Below, in pieces: positions 54,371-64,000 of a stretch of 64,000 nucleotides of DNA. A model generated the notes under the pieces. The model worked only from the letters and a program-made list of their open reading frames with translations, was not told the DNA's origin and searched no databases. The translations under genes and the position numbers were made by a program. Numbering within the stretch: position 1 is the stretch's first letter; each line of letters starts with the position of its first letter. This stretch comes from an uncultured Spirochaetota bacterium (GTDB lineage: Bacteria > Spirochaetota > Brevinematia > Brevinematales > JAOACQ01), in the NCBI GenBank assembly GCA_963783575.1, contig CAWAOD010000014.1, positions 32,001-96,000 on the forward strand, given 5' to 3'.

Positions 54371-55090
54371 TTATTTTATTCTCATACCTCCGTCACACTC
54401 AATAACAGTTCCTGTCATATAAGTATTTTCAAGAAGTAATAAAATTGCTTGAGCTATATCTTCTGGCTGCCCAATACGACCTACTGGAGTATTGGCTGCA
54501 ATTTGAGCAAACATTTCTTCACGTTGTTCTTTAGTCCATGTATCCCACCATGAAGTCTCGATTATACCAGGAGAAACAGCATTTATACGCATTGGTTTGA
54601 TTTCCAGTGCTAAAGTTGGAATCATAGACTCTAATGCACCATTAATAGCCGCAAGACCACTGGTACCAGCAAAAGAACTGCGTGCTGAACCAGCAGTAAC
54701 AAGTACTATTGATCCATTATCTCTAAGTGTTTCTAAACCAAATTGAATAGCCATAAAATAAGTAAAAAATTTTGCATTAAAAGCCTCTTTTAATAATTCA
54801 CTATTCAAATTTTTAAAGGGTCCACCTCCACCTTTCCCGCTGATTGATAACACTAAATGGTCAAAATTTCCTAAATTCTTGTAAAAATTTTTTAATGCTT
54901 CAGATGATATTGCGTCAACAATGACTCCTTTTGTTGTGCTAGGTAATTCAGCAATAGCACTCTTTAATTTTTCTGGATTTCTTCCGGTAATTACTACTAT
55001 TGCTCCAGCAGAAGTAATTAGTTTTGCCGTTGCTAATCCAATTCCTGATGTCCCTCCCATAATTACAACTTTTTGGTTTTTTAAACTCAT
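54371..55090 (-). CDS. Short-chain dehydrogenase/reductase
   Basis: GGTSGIG, RINAVSPG, CDGG. Confidence 0.92.
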   Translation of the reverse strand: MSLKNQKVVIMGGTSGIGLATAKLITSAGAIVVITGRNPEKLKSAIAELPSTTKGVIVDAISSEALKNFYKNLGNFDHLVLSISGKGGGGPFKNLNSELLKEAFNAKFFTYFMAIQFGLETLRDNGSIVLVTAGSARSSFAGTSGLAAINGALESMIPTLALEIKPMRINAVSPGIIETSWWDTWTKEQREEMFAQIAANTPVGRIGQPEDIAQAILLLLENTYMTGTVIECDGGMRIK

Positions 55091-55204
55091 AACTATGCCT
55101 CCAAAATTAAATTATTGACATTATAACTCATATAGACTATAATTACAAGTATGCACTTTTATGTAAGTTAGTATATAATATATACCTTAATTAAGGAGAA
55201 AATT

Positions 55205-55534
55205 ATGAAAGAATTCATTTGTTCATTAGATACTGCTATGTATATGATTGGTGGAAAATGGAAATTATTTATAATCTGGAACTTAAAAGATGAAAAAAAA
55301 AGGTTCAACCAACTATTAAAAATTATTCCCAATATAACTCAAAAAATGCTTACTCAACAGTTAAGAGAATTAGAAAGAGATAATATTGTTAACAGGAAAT
55401 TATACCCTCAGATACCACCAAAAGTTGAATACAGTTTATCTGAAATTGGAAAGAAGCTTATTCCTATTATAACAAGCCTTTGTTTATGGGCATACGAGAC
55501 TGCTGATATTAATAATTTTAAAATTAATAATTAA
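55205..55534 (+). CDS. HxlR-family winged-helix regulator
   Basis: IGGKWK, ITQKMLTQQLRELE, PPKVEYSLS; divergent from the SDR gene. Confidence 0.92.
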   Translation: MKEFICSLDTAMYMIGGKWKLFIIWNLKDEKKRFNQLLKIIPNITQKMLTQQLRELERDNIVNRKLYPQIPPKVEYSLSEIGKKLIPIITSLCLWAYETADINNFKINN

Positions 55535-55745
55535 TTTAATATAACGAAATAATTACAAATTTTGTCATATAAATCTTGTTAGATGCAATAGTATCTATTA
55601 TATTTGTAGAATTTGATTAATTGAAGTAAATTAATGATTGATAAGTTTCACAAAGTAAATTATTTAAATTTATTTTCTAATTCTTGATACAAATATCTAG
55701 ACTTCATCTATCACTAATGATTTTATCAATAATAAAGATTAGATA

Positions 55746-56918
55746 TTAACTTTTTAATATATTCATACCCTGTTCAGTTATTTTAAGAATATTGTCCTTT
55801 ACCAGTAGTTTATTTTCAAAAAGTTTCTCGATACAATTTTCAACCGCTTTTTTTAAACCTCTATTATTATTAATTCCGAATCCCTTCAAAAATATATTCT
55901 GGCTTGTATCCAGTTTTGAATATGCTAATTTCTTTAGATTGTCTACAGAGGCAAATTCATTATCCTTAATGAGTGTAAGCAGAAATCTGGTATATTGATT
56001 AACTTTAAACCTTTCATAGATTCCGAAACGGTATTTGGAAAGGTCAATTTCTTCTGAATTTGTGCTTTTAATAATATCAATTATTAATTCAACAGCACTT
56101 TTACAGATAATTAAAGCAACAACTAAACCCACAAAAATATCAAGCCACACAAATTTTAATACAGCCGCGGTGAGACCTATTAAAACACCAATCGCAGTAA
56201 TTACATGATTCCTTGAATCAATTGATTGAGTTAATAATGGAGATGAGTGTGTCCTTATACCCACAAAACGCTGATAAAAAAACAATAATCCGCATAATAC
56301 TGCTGAAATAAGCGCCGCTAAAAAAGTAAATTTGCTTATCTCAAGTTTTCCAGGTTGAAATATCCTTATTATCGCTTCGAAAAGAGTAATAGTACCAGTA
56401 ATTACAATAAAAAAGACCAATATATAGTTGGTAATCTTTTCTTTTTTAGTCCGAATACCAATCAAGACAATTAGGCTTGCAATAAAATCGGCCAGGGTAT
56501 CCAGAGAATCATTTAAAAGACCTATACTTCCCGATATAATTGCGGCAGGAAACTTTATGCATGCCAGAACAATATGTGTTATTAAAGTTAATTTGGAAAC
56601 CAGAGTAGGTGATAATATTTTCACAAAAAACTTTTTACTTTGATTCATTTGCTTATATAGAAATTGTGCTTCCGCCATTCCTTTATCGGTTAACTGATAT
56701 TTATCTCCCTGTTTAATAACCCAATTCATACCTTCGAGTTCTTCAATTTTTTCTTTAATCCATTCAGAAAAGGTTTTGTTTGATTTTTTCATTACTGTCT
56801 TATTGAAACTAAGAAAACCAAATCTTATGCCTATTTCATTAAAGTATCTCTCTATATCTGATAAACTGCCAGATCCATTGATTAATGAAATTGCAACTAC
56901 ACGGTTTTCATCACTCAT
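55746..56918 (-). CDS. Cation diffusion facilitator family transporter with extra terminal domains
   Basis: Six TM segments, GSIGLLNDSLDTLAD, SSPLLTQSIDSRNH, WLDIFVGL. Confidence 0.8.
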   Translation of the reverse strand: MSDENRVVAISLINGSGSLSDIERYFNEIGIRFGFLSFNKTVMKKSNKTFSEWIKEKIEELEGMNWVIKQGDKYQLTDKGMAEAQFLYKQMNQSKKFFVKILSPTLVSKLTLITHIVLACIKFPAAIISGSIGLLNDSLDTLADFIASLIVLIGIRTKKEKITNYILVFFIVITGTITLFEAIIRIFQPGKLEISKFTFLAALISAVLCGLLFFYQRFVGIRTHSSPLLTQSIDSRNHVITAIGVLIGLTAAVLKFVWLDIFVGLVVALIICKSAVELIIDIIKSTNSEEIDLSKYRFGIYERFKVNQYTRFLLTLIKDNEFASVDNLKKLAYSKLDTSQNIFLKGFGINNNRGLKKAVENCIEKLFENKLLVKDNILKITEQGMNILKS

Positions 56919-57063
56919 AATAGAGAACTCCTGATAGCTTGGACTGTAAAAATATATTAAAACTGATAGGATAAATTATAATAAACCGAAATAAAAACCA
57001 CAAAAAACAATTATTAATAAGTATTGAAATCAAGATAAGAAAAATAACTAAATATTGATTGAA

Positions 57064-57113
57064 ATGGGAAAAATTGTTTTTCATTACCCTTGTAAATTAG
57101 TCATACATTTCTA
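57064..57113. mobile_element. Degenerate solo IS21-like end 4
   Basis: ATGGGAA...TACCCTTGTAAATTAGTCATACATTTCTA versus IS ATGGGAA...TACCCTGGTAAATTAGTTTATCATTTCCA. Confidence 0.6.
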
Positions 57114-57135
57114 TTGATGCTGGCGTAGAAGACAA

Positions 57136-57741
57136 TTATTTATCATTATTAAAATTTTCATACAATCTCATAATTAATTGATTTGAAAAAATAAAAAATA
57201 GAGGAACTATTACAATAATAATGTATGAAACTAACATTGATATAAAAGTAAAGATAATTGAAAGTGAATATAAAACAATTGGTGATAGATGAATAATTAT
57301 AACGATGTTTCGAGCTCTCTTTGAAATTTCTTTAGAATTTTCTTTTAACGATGTAGAATATATCCAAAAAATAGTACCAGTAATATTTACACAAGATAAA
57401 CTTATTGCATATCAGCATATTACAAATTGATTAAATGGGTATTCTCCTAGCATACCAGTGGGATATGGGAGAAAGCAAATAAACATAAGAGTAAATAAAT
57501 TAAGCCAAAGAGCTGTTCGATTAATTTTTTTTATAGGATCCATCATACTATGATGAGCAACCCAATACATTCCAATTATTATAAAGCTAAGAACGAAAGC
57601 AAGAAGTTTAGGAAATTGATTTATTGATGCTTGTAAGATTTTATCTGGTGATACAATAGGGATTTTTAGTTCAAAAATTAATATTGTAATTGCTATTGCA
57701 AATACTCCATCACTAAAAGCTTCCATACGTGATTTATTCAT
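57136..57741 (-). pseudogene. TMEM175-family potassium channel with in-frame TGA at 57412-57414
   Basis: RMEAFSDGVFAIAITIL signature; same frame continues to a stop at 57136. Confidence 0.85.
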
Positions 57742-58254
57742 TATTATTCCTCAATATAAATATTTTGGTCCGACCTTTATCTTTCAACTACCCATTATCA
57801 ACTTTCTAAAACTTTATGATTCCTAAAATAGTACTACCAGCACCAATGACAACAATAATTACTCCTAAATTATTTCATTATAAATCTAAATGTAAAAGTA
57901 TTCAAGTTCAATATATCCAGTATGGCAGGTCAGACTTAATTGAATAAATAATAAAAACAGAGGGTACCAGATGTCAGACTTAGGGGATTATTATTTGTGA
58001 AAATATTTTATTTTCACAATAAAGTGTGGGAAATTATTCAAAATTATAATGATTTCATGACAATTATGGTTGAAAATTTATTATTAATTTGCCCTTCATT
58101 GCACGTTTGCTGCCATAGGGTCATAAAAGGGTGGATTATCGATTACATATCTGATATTGAATTAAGAATGAAGTTATTTCAGGTTCAGGAACAGTTAAAA
58201 TAACGAATTATACCAATAGCAAATTAGTAGGAGAATTGTATTGGCTCAAATACC

Positions 58255-59489
58255 TCACATCCCGTAATAATAATTCGAGATTACCAGGAGTGCCGGCTTA
58301 ATGATTATCTGTCCTGAAGGGTCGGCGATTATCAGGAATTGCGAAAGCCGCCACTTCTCATAGCTGAAGTTATCGTTATACGTAATTGAATTCTCGATCA
58401 GCACCCTTGGGTCGTATCCCGCTACCATGCCAGCAAAGCTGTTCGTAAAATACTGAAAGAATTTATCGTAAGCGTTGGCCTGGTTCTGGTAGTCCCAGGG
58501 GATGCTTGACAACTCCGCTTCCGTCATATTAAAAATGCTGTTGTCCCAGCCGGCCTGAAGTATATTTGTCGTAGCCAGGAAGACGAACTCCTCGAAGAAT
58601 ATTTTTTTCCCGTATTGCATGACCAACGGCGATAGCATTGAGTACATGTCGTATCCCGGAAATCCAGGGCCGCTATACTCAACGTTTGAATAGAGATAAT
58701 TGGCGGTGTAATCCGCGAACATTCCAGGAAGGCCGGGCCAAGTCGGGTAGAAACTGAGACCGATAAAATCGAGAGCGTCCCAGAAGCCGACAGTGCGAAA
58801 GTCGCTTGGGATAGTCTGATAGAGGCGCACCGATGCGCCATAGGTGAGTTTGCCTGAAAAAATCGTTCGGATTCCGGCGATGATGCCCCTCCATGTGGAA
58901 TCGTTCACACCCCCGGTCAATCCGTCGGCTTCCGTACCGACAGAAAAGATGCTCACCCCATTAGTCTGTGCCATTTGAGCGAAAGAATTCAACTGTGCAG
59001 TGTAGTCAGTAAAGAAATTGCTGATATTAAAGGTCGGATAGGGGGGGAGCTGTAATCGGCAACATTTCCGACACTGGTCGGACCTCCCGGAGCCAGGGGA
59101 TTATAGATCGATGTCATCGGCTTGATCATGACATTAAGATTCTTTTGACTAATAAGTCTGATCACTGGAATAAGATGTTCCGGATGAATGGAGATGTCAC
59201 TACCATAGATCGGCGCAGAATTGAGGTAGTGTCCATTCGTATCGAAGGGAATGTTGTAGGCTATACAGATCGTGTTTGCGCCGCTCGCTTTGGCCAGATC
59301 AATGAGCTTGCCGATGACATTTAGGTTCGATAAACGGTCTCTGGACCACGCATCCAGAACAATGGACTTAACCATTGTTCCTGACTGGGAAATTGTATTG
59401 GTTCCCAGTGAAGAACCTTTATTCATTGAGGGCTGTGGAAAACAACCGGCATATAAAACAGCCAGGAATAGAATTAAAACTTGTTTCAT
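58255..59489 (-). pseudogene. GH113-like glycoside hydrolase lipoprotein, frameshifted at a G7 tract
   Basis: LYAGC lipobox, VMIKP, FSVGTE, WRGIIAGIRTIFSGKLTYGA, FWDALDFIG; one extra base at 59041-59047 fuses the two ORFs. Confidence 0.7.
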
Positions 59490-60147
59490 AATTACTTCCA
59501 ATCTTAGAATGTCTCTGAGAGTAAATATTTATATAAAGCATGGCAAAGCATATTAATTACTGAAGAAGTTTCATTCTAAAGAGAACTATTTTGAATATGC
59601 AAGCCGAATTCTTTTATATAATTAAAAAAAACCCGGAATCGGTATATAAGCTGTGTTATTTTTTAAGCATAATTGACCATGGCGAGAAAAATGCCTCTGT
59701 CATTTTAATCAAAATAATTTAAATAATGTAAAATGTTAATTTTTTTCTTTTCATCATATTTTACCAAATCGGGGATTTTATTATATTCCTCCATAAAAAA
59801 CTCCAATTTAAGTTATTAATAAGAAAAAATTAAAATCCCACTGGCAGAAATTCTAATCTGCAAGTTAAATATTGTCAAAAAAGGTGTCACTTTCAAAATT
59901 CCCTGTGAGCTTAAGAACGATGGATTGGAAACTTAGTTATAACTTCATAGGTTATTTAGGAAATGAATTTTCTTCTCAATCATATCGCTTTACAAAACCC
60001 GCATAAATGGCGATTTAATATACAATAAATACTTTATTTAGTTGAAATAATTGGAAATAACCGTTATAATCATGTTTTATTATACTGTGTTTTCCAATCG
60101 TAAGGAAACTTGTTATAATAATTGTTTATTGGTTAAAATAAGAATTT

Positions 60148-61916
60148 ATGGCATTTAAATGGATCTGGTCTTATCTGAAGAACTACCGGTTCAGGCCCCA
60201 ATCGGGCTTCTGATGGCCCTGGTTGTCTCGATTTTAAATATGGTCAATCCCTATTTGTCGGGAATCATTGTTGACAGAGTCATAATCGGCGGACAGAGGA
60301 ATCTATTGACCGTCATACTGTCCGTGATGATCGGCGTAACGGTGGTAAAGTCGCTGATGCGTTATACCTATCAATTGATCTATGAAACAATTTCACAATC
60401 CATAATTTTAAAAATACGCAGGAATCTTTATGCCAAGGTCCAGGAACTGGATTTTGATTTTTTTGACCGTACCAAGACCGGGGACATCATGACAAGGATG
60501 ACCGGCGATATAGACGCCGTCAGGCATTTCGTCGCTTGGGTGATTTATATGGTCTTTGAAAACGCCTCCGTATTTATCCTAGCCATGGCAATGCTTTTTA
60601 TCATCAATTATAAACTTGCCTTGCTGATGGCCGCTGTAACACCGTTAATAGGTTTTTTTACTTACAAATTCGCGGGGGCTGTCAAACCGACATTTATGGC
60701 GATCCGGAACCAGTTTTCCAGGCTGAATACCGTTGTCCAGGAGAATATCAGCGGAAACCGTGTCATTAAAGCCTTTGCTCGCGAGGATTATGAGATCGAG
60801 AAGTTTTCAAAGGAGAATTATGATTATTATCAGAAAAATATCGAGTCTGCAAAAGTCTGGGAAAGATATCTGCCTGTTCTCGATTCGCTCGCCGGTATTC
60901 TGACTATAGTTTTATTGCTGGCAGGGGGCATAATGGTGATCCGGAAAACATTGACACTGGGAGAACTGGTCACATTCAGCAGCTTTATCTGGGCTCTAAA
61001 CAATCCGATGCGTATGGCCGGGTGGCTTGTAAACGATATCCAGCGCTTTGCCGCCTCGGGGGAAAAGATCATCGACCTGCTTAAAACGGAACCCGGGATA
61101 AAAAACGACGCCGGCTATCAGATTAAAGAGCCAATCCGGGGCGAGGTGATTTTCAAAGATGTTTCATTCAGTTACCGGGATGAGCCTGTACTTGAAAATA
61201 TATCATTTAAAGCAGTTCCAGGCCAGACCATCGCGATCATCGGAGCGACGGGTTCCGGCAAGTCCACGCTAATCAGCCTGATCTGCAGATTTTATGACTG
61301 TGATAAGGGTGAAATCCTGATTGACGGCAAACTAATCCGGAACATTGATCTGAAAACCCTCCGTAATCATATTTCCGTGGCTATGCAGGATATATTCCTG
61401 TTTTCAGACACGATTGAGGGAAACATTGCTTACGGTGTTCCGGAGGCGAGCGATGACGATGTGAAATGGGCGGCCGGGGTCGCGGAAGCGGATGATTTCA
61501 TCGATGATTTTCCGGAAGGCTACGATACCATCATCGGTGAACGGGGAGTGGGTCTTTCAGGCGGCCAGAAGCAGAGGATAGCCCTTGCCCGGGCGATATT
61601 GAAAAATCCGTCAATACTGATACTGGACGATACGACATCCAGCGTGGATATGGAAACGGAACACAGGATACACAACACCCTGCGTTCCTATTACCGTGAT
61701 AAAACCACTTTTATCATAGCACATAGGATTTCTTCGGTAAAGAACGCCGACCAGATATTGGTTCTGGACGGTGGAAGAATAATTGAACACGGGAGGCATG
61801 AGGAATTGATCGGGAAAAAGGGTTATTATTACCAGGTTTATATCAGCCAATACGGTGACTTTGATAATATCTACTCTAGCAGCACTGTTTTGGAAGGTAC
61901 CTATGGCAAGGAATAA
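60148..61916 (+). CDS. ABC exporter, fused permease/ATPase subunit 1 (probable frameshift near 60197)
   Basis: GATGSGKS, LSGGQKQR, degenerate Walker B ILDDT; ATG 60148 gives MAFKWIWSYLKNYRFR in a different frame from ORF 60159. Confidence 0.9.
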
Positions 61917-63699
61917 ATTCGATATAGATGAGGAACTGGAATCGAAGTTCAATATCCATCATTTTATACGTTTAGTAGGTTATATCAGGCCGTTTTTAGT
62001 TCCCATCATAATCACTGTTTTACTAATGCTGATAGCCAGCGCTGCTGCTCTGACCGGGCCTTATTTAATGAAGGTCGCCATTGATGACAAGATTCCGGGG
62101 GGCGATATCAAAGGCCTGATAGAAATCTCTTCGCTTTTTTTATTTTTACTGATTGTCAGCGGTGTGTGCCTCTTATTCCGGATTCGCATGATGACACATG
62201 TGGGGCAGAGCGTCATAAAAAACATCCGTTACGATCTGTTCACGCATCTCCAGAAACTGCCTTTCAACTACTACGATTCCAGACCGCATGGCAAAATACT
62301 GGTGAGGGTGGTGAATTATGTAAATTCGCTCTCCGACCTTCTCTCAAATGGAATGATCAATCTTGTAACGGACCTTTTCAGCCTGTTCGTAATAGTGGTT
62401 TTTATGCTTCTGATCGATGTTCACCTGACCCTTGTCAGCCTGGCCGGACTTCCGGTATTAATCGCCATCACTATGATACTGAAGAATATGAACCGCGAGG
62501 CCTGGCAGGCTGTCAGCAGAAAGCAGTCCAATCTAAACGCCTATATTCATGAATCCATCACTGGCGTCAAGGTTATACAATCCTTTGCGAGGGAAGAGGA
62601 AAATCACAGAATATTTAAAAAGCTTCAAATGGAATACCGTAAAAAATGGATGAAGGCAGTTGCGATTAATTTCGCGCTATGGCCGTTTATCGAAAATATT
62701 TCAGTTCTGGTTGTATCCCTTGTTTACATGGTTGGAATAAGCTGGCTGGATAAAGGGATTACGGTCGGCATCCTGGTCGCATTTATAGGCTACATTTGGA
62801 GGTTCTGGCAGCCGATTCAAAACATCGGTAATTTCTACAACCAGATCGTAATAGCCGCCGCTTATCTGGAGCGGATTTTTGAGACCATGGATGAGGACGT
62901 TCTTGTGAAGGACCGTCCGGATGCGCCAGAGATGCCCCTGATCCGGGGGAATGTCGAGTTCAGCCATATCGATTTTGCTTATGAATCCGGCCAGCCGGTG
63001 CTCCGTGACATCAGCTTTACCGTAAATCAGGGGGAATCCATCGCCCTGGTCGGGCCTACAGGCGCCGGCAAAACAACCGTAGTGAATCTTCTCAGCCGTT
63101 TTTATGAAACGGAAACGGGAAGAATTTTGATCGATGGAATGGAGATCAAGTCATCGACATTGAAATCTCTCAGGAAGCAAATGGGAATCATGCTTCAGGA
63201 TACCTTTCTGTTTTCCGGGACTATTATGGACAATATACGTTACAGCCGTCTGGATGCAACGGATGAGCAAGTAATGGAAGCGGCGAAGGGAGTCTGCGCG
63301 CACGATTTTATAATAAAAATGAGGGATGGCTACCAAACCCAGATCAATGAAAGGGGAACAAGACTTTCCGCCGGGCAGAAACAGCTGATCTCATTCGCCA
63401 GGTCGCTTCTGGCCGATCCGCGAATCCTGATCCTGGATGAGGCCACATCCAGTATAGATACACAGACAGAAATGGCCCTGCAAAAAGGCCTCGCGAGGCT
63501 TCTGGCCGGGAGGACTTCTTTCATTATTGCACACAGGCTTTCGACTATAAAGAACTCCGACCGGATTTTTTATATCGACCATGGAAAGATCATTGAAGAG
63601 GGGAATCATCAGGAATTGATCGGAAGAAAGGGAGCTTATTACAAACTTTACCAGTCACAATACAGCTTTTTGGGTTCAAGTGCAAAAATCAAAAAATGA
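61903..63699 (+). CDS. ABC exporter, fused permease/ATPase subunit 2 (heterodimer partner)
   Basis: GPTGAGKT, LSAGQKQL, ILDEATS, IAHRLST. Confidence 0.93.
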   Translation: MARNKFDIDEELESKFNIHHFIRLVGYIRPFLVPIIITVLLMLIASAAALTGPYLMKVAIDDKIPGGDIKGLIEISSLFLFLLIVSGVCLLFRIRMMTHVGQSVIKNIRYDLFTHLQKLPFNYYDSRPHGKILVRVVNYVNSLSDLLSNGMINLVTDLFSLFVIVVFMLLIDVHLTLVSLAGLPVLIAITMILKNMNREAWQAVSRKQSNLNAYIHESITGVKVIQSFAREEENHRIFKKLQMEYRKKWMKAVAINFALWPFIENISVLVVSLVYMVGISWLDKGITVGILVAFIGYIWRFWQPIQNIGNFYNQIVIAAAYLERIFETMDEDVLVKDRPDAPEMPLIRGNVEFSHIDFAYESGQPVLRDISFTVNQGESIALVGPTGAGKTTVVNLLSRFYETETGRILIDGMEIKSSTLKSLRKQMGIMLQDTFLFSGTIMDNIRYSRLDATDEQVMEAAKGVCAHDFIIKMRDGYQTQINERGTRLSAGQKQLISFARSLLADPRILILDEATSSIDTQTEMALQKGLARLLAGRTSFIIAHRLSTIKNSDRIFYIDHGKIIEEGNHQELIGRKGAYYKLYQSQYSFLGSSAKIKK

Positions 63700-64000
63700 G
63701 CATTTTAAAGACTCAGAATATTGATTGTTTGCAACGCTACCAATATTTTTTCGATATTAACTTAACCCTGAATGTTGTTCCATTACCTATTTTGTTTCAA
63801 CTTTAATAACACCATTATGTTTTTTGATTATCTCATAACACAAAAGAATGAATTTTACTGTTTTTCAGTCTTTCTTAGACTGGAAAGAGATGGAAATTAT
63901 GTTGACATGTCCTGATAAGGTTGATAAAATATTGGCAGAATGCATTGGGAGCTTACATTTTTGGAGTTTCAATATGCTTATGGGAAATCTTGAATAAATA

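Noticed and set aside
55538..55585. attC-like ATATAAC...GTTAGAT after the HxlR gene
   Set aside because: Little internal complementarity; could be chance in AT-rich DNA
52132..57414. Stop-codon reassignment explaining in-frame stops
   Set aside because: The internal stops are of different types (TAA, TGA) and both terminate normal genes in this window
802..63609. Many short ORF-track entries overlapping larger genes
   Set aside because: Antisense or out-of-frame shadows of well-supported CDSs, lacking RBS or motifs

Overview
Bacterial chromosomal window, mostly AT-rich. A spirochaete is likely (inferred from the lipoprotein signal peptides and receiver-PilZ genes; not proven). In order it holds: a repeat-rich surface lipoprotein running off the left edge; an MFS transporter; cbpA/cbpM; a ~2900-codon cyclic beta-1,2-glucan synthase split by three frameshifts; an OYE/AraC pair; an ABC-ATPase + TOPRIM-like (DUF3226-type) candidate defence module; two BspA-type LRR lipoproteins plus a relic third copy; two divergent regulators sharing a PAS-LuxR output module, with related operator motifs upstream of flanking genes; a GH26/GH5/ABC glycan (probably beta-mannan) utilisation locus; and a complete IS21 element with a 5-bp target duplication. 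From ~43 to 58 kb is a decaying AT-rich accessory region with integron-cassette-like core sites, four same-orientation solo IS21-like ends, RM relics and pseudogenes. A frameshifted GH113-like lipoprotein and a heterodimeric ABC exporter close the window. No rRNA, tRNA, CRISPR array, reverse transcriptase or integrase was seen. All family calls come from reading motifs by eye, not from database searches.
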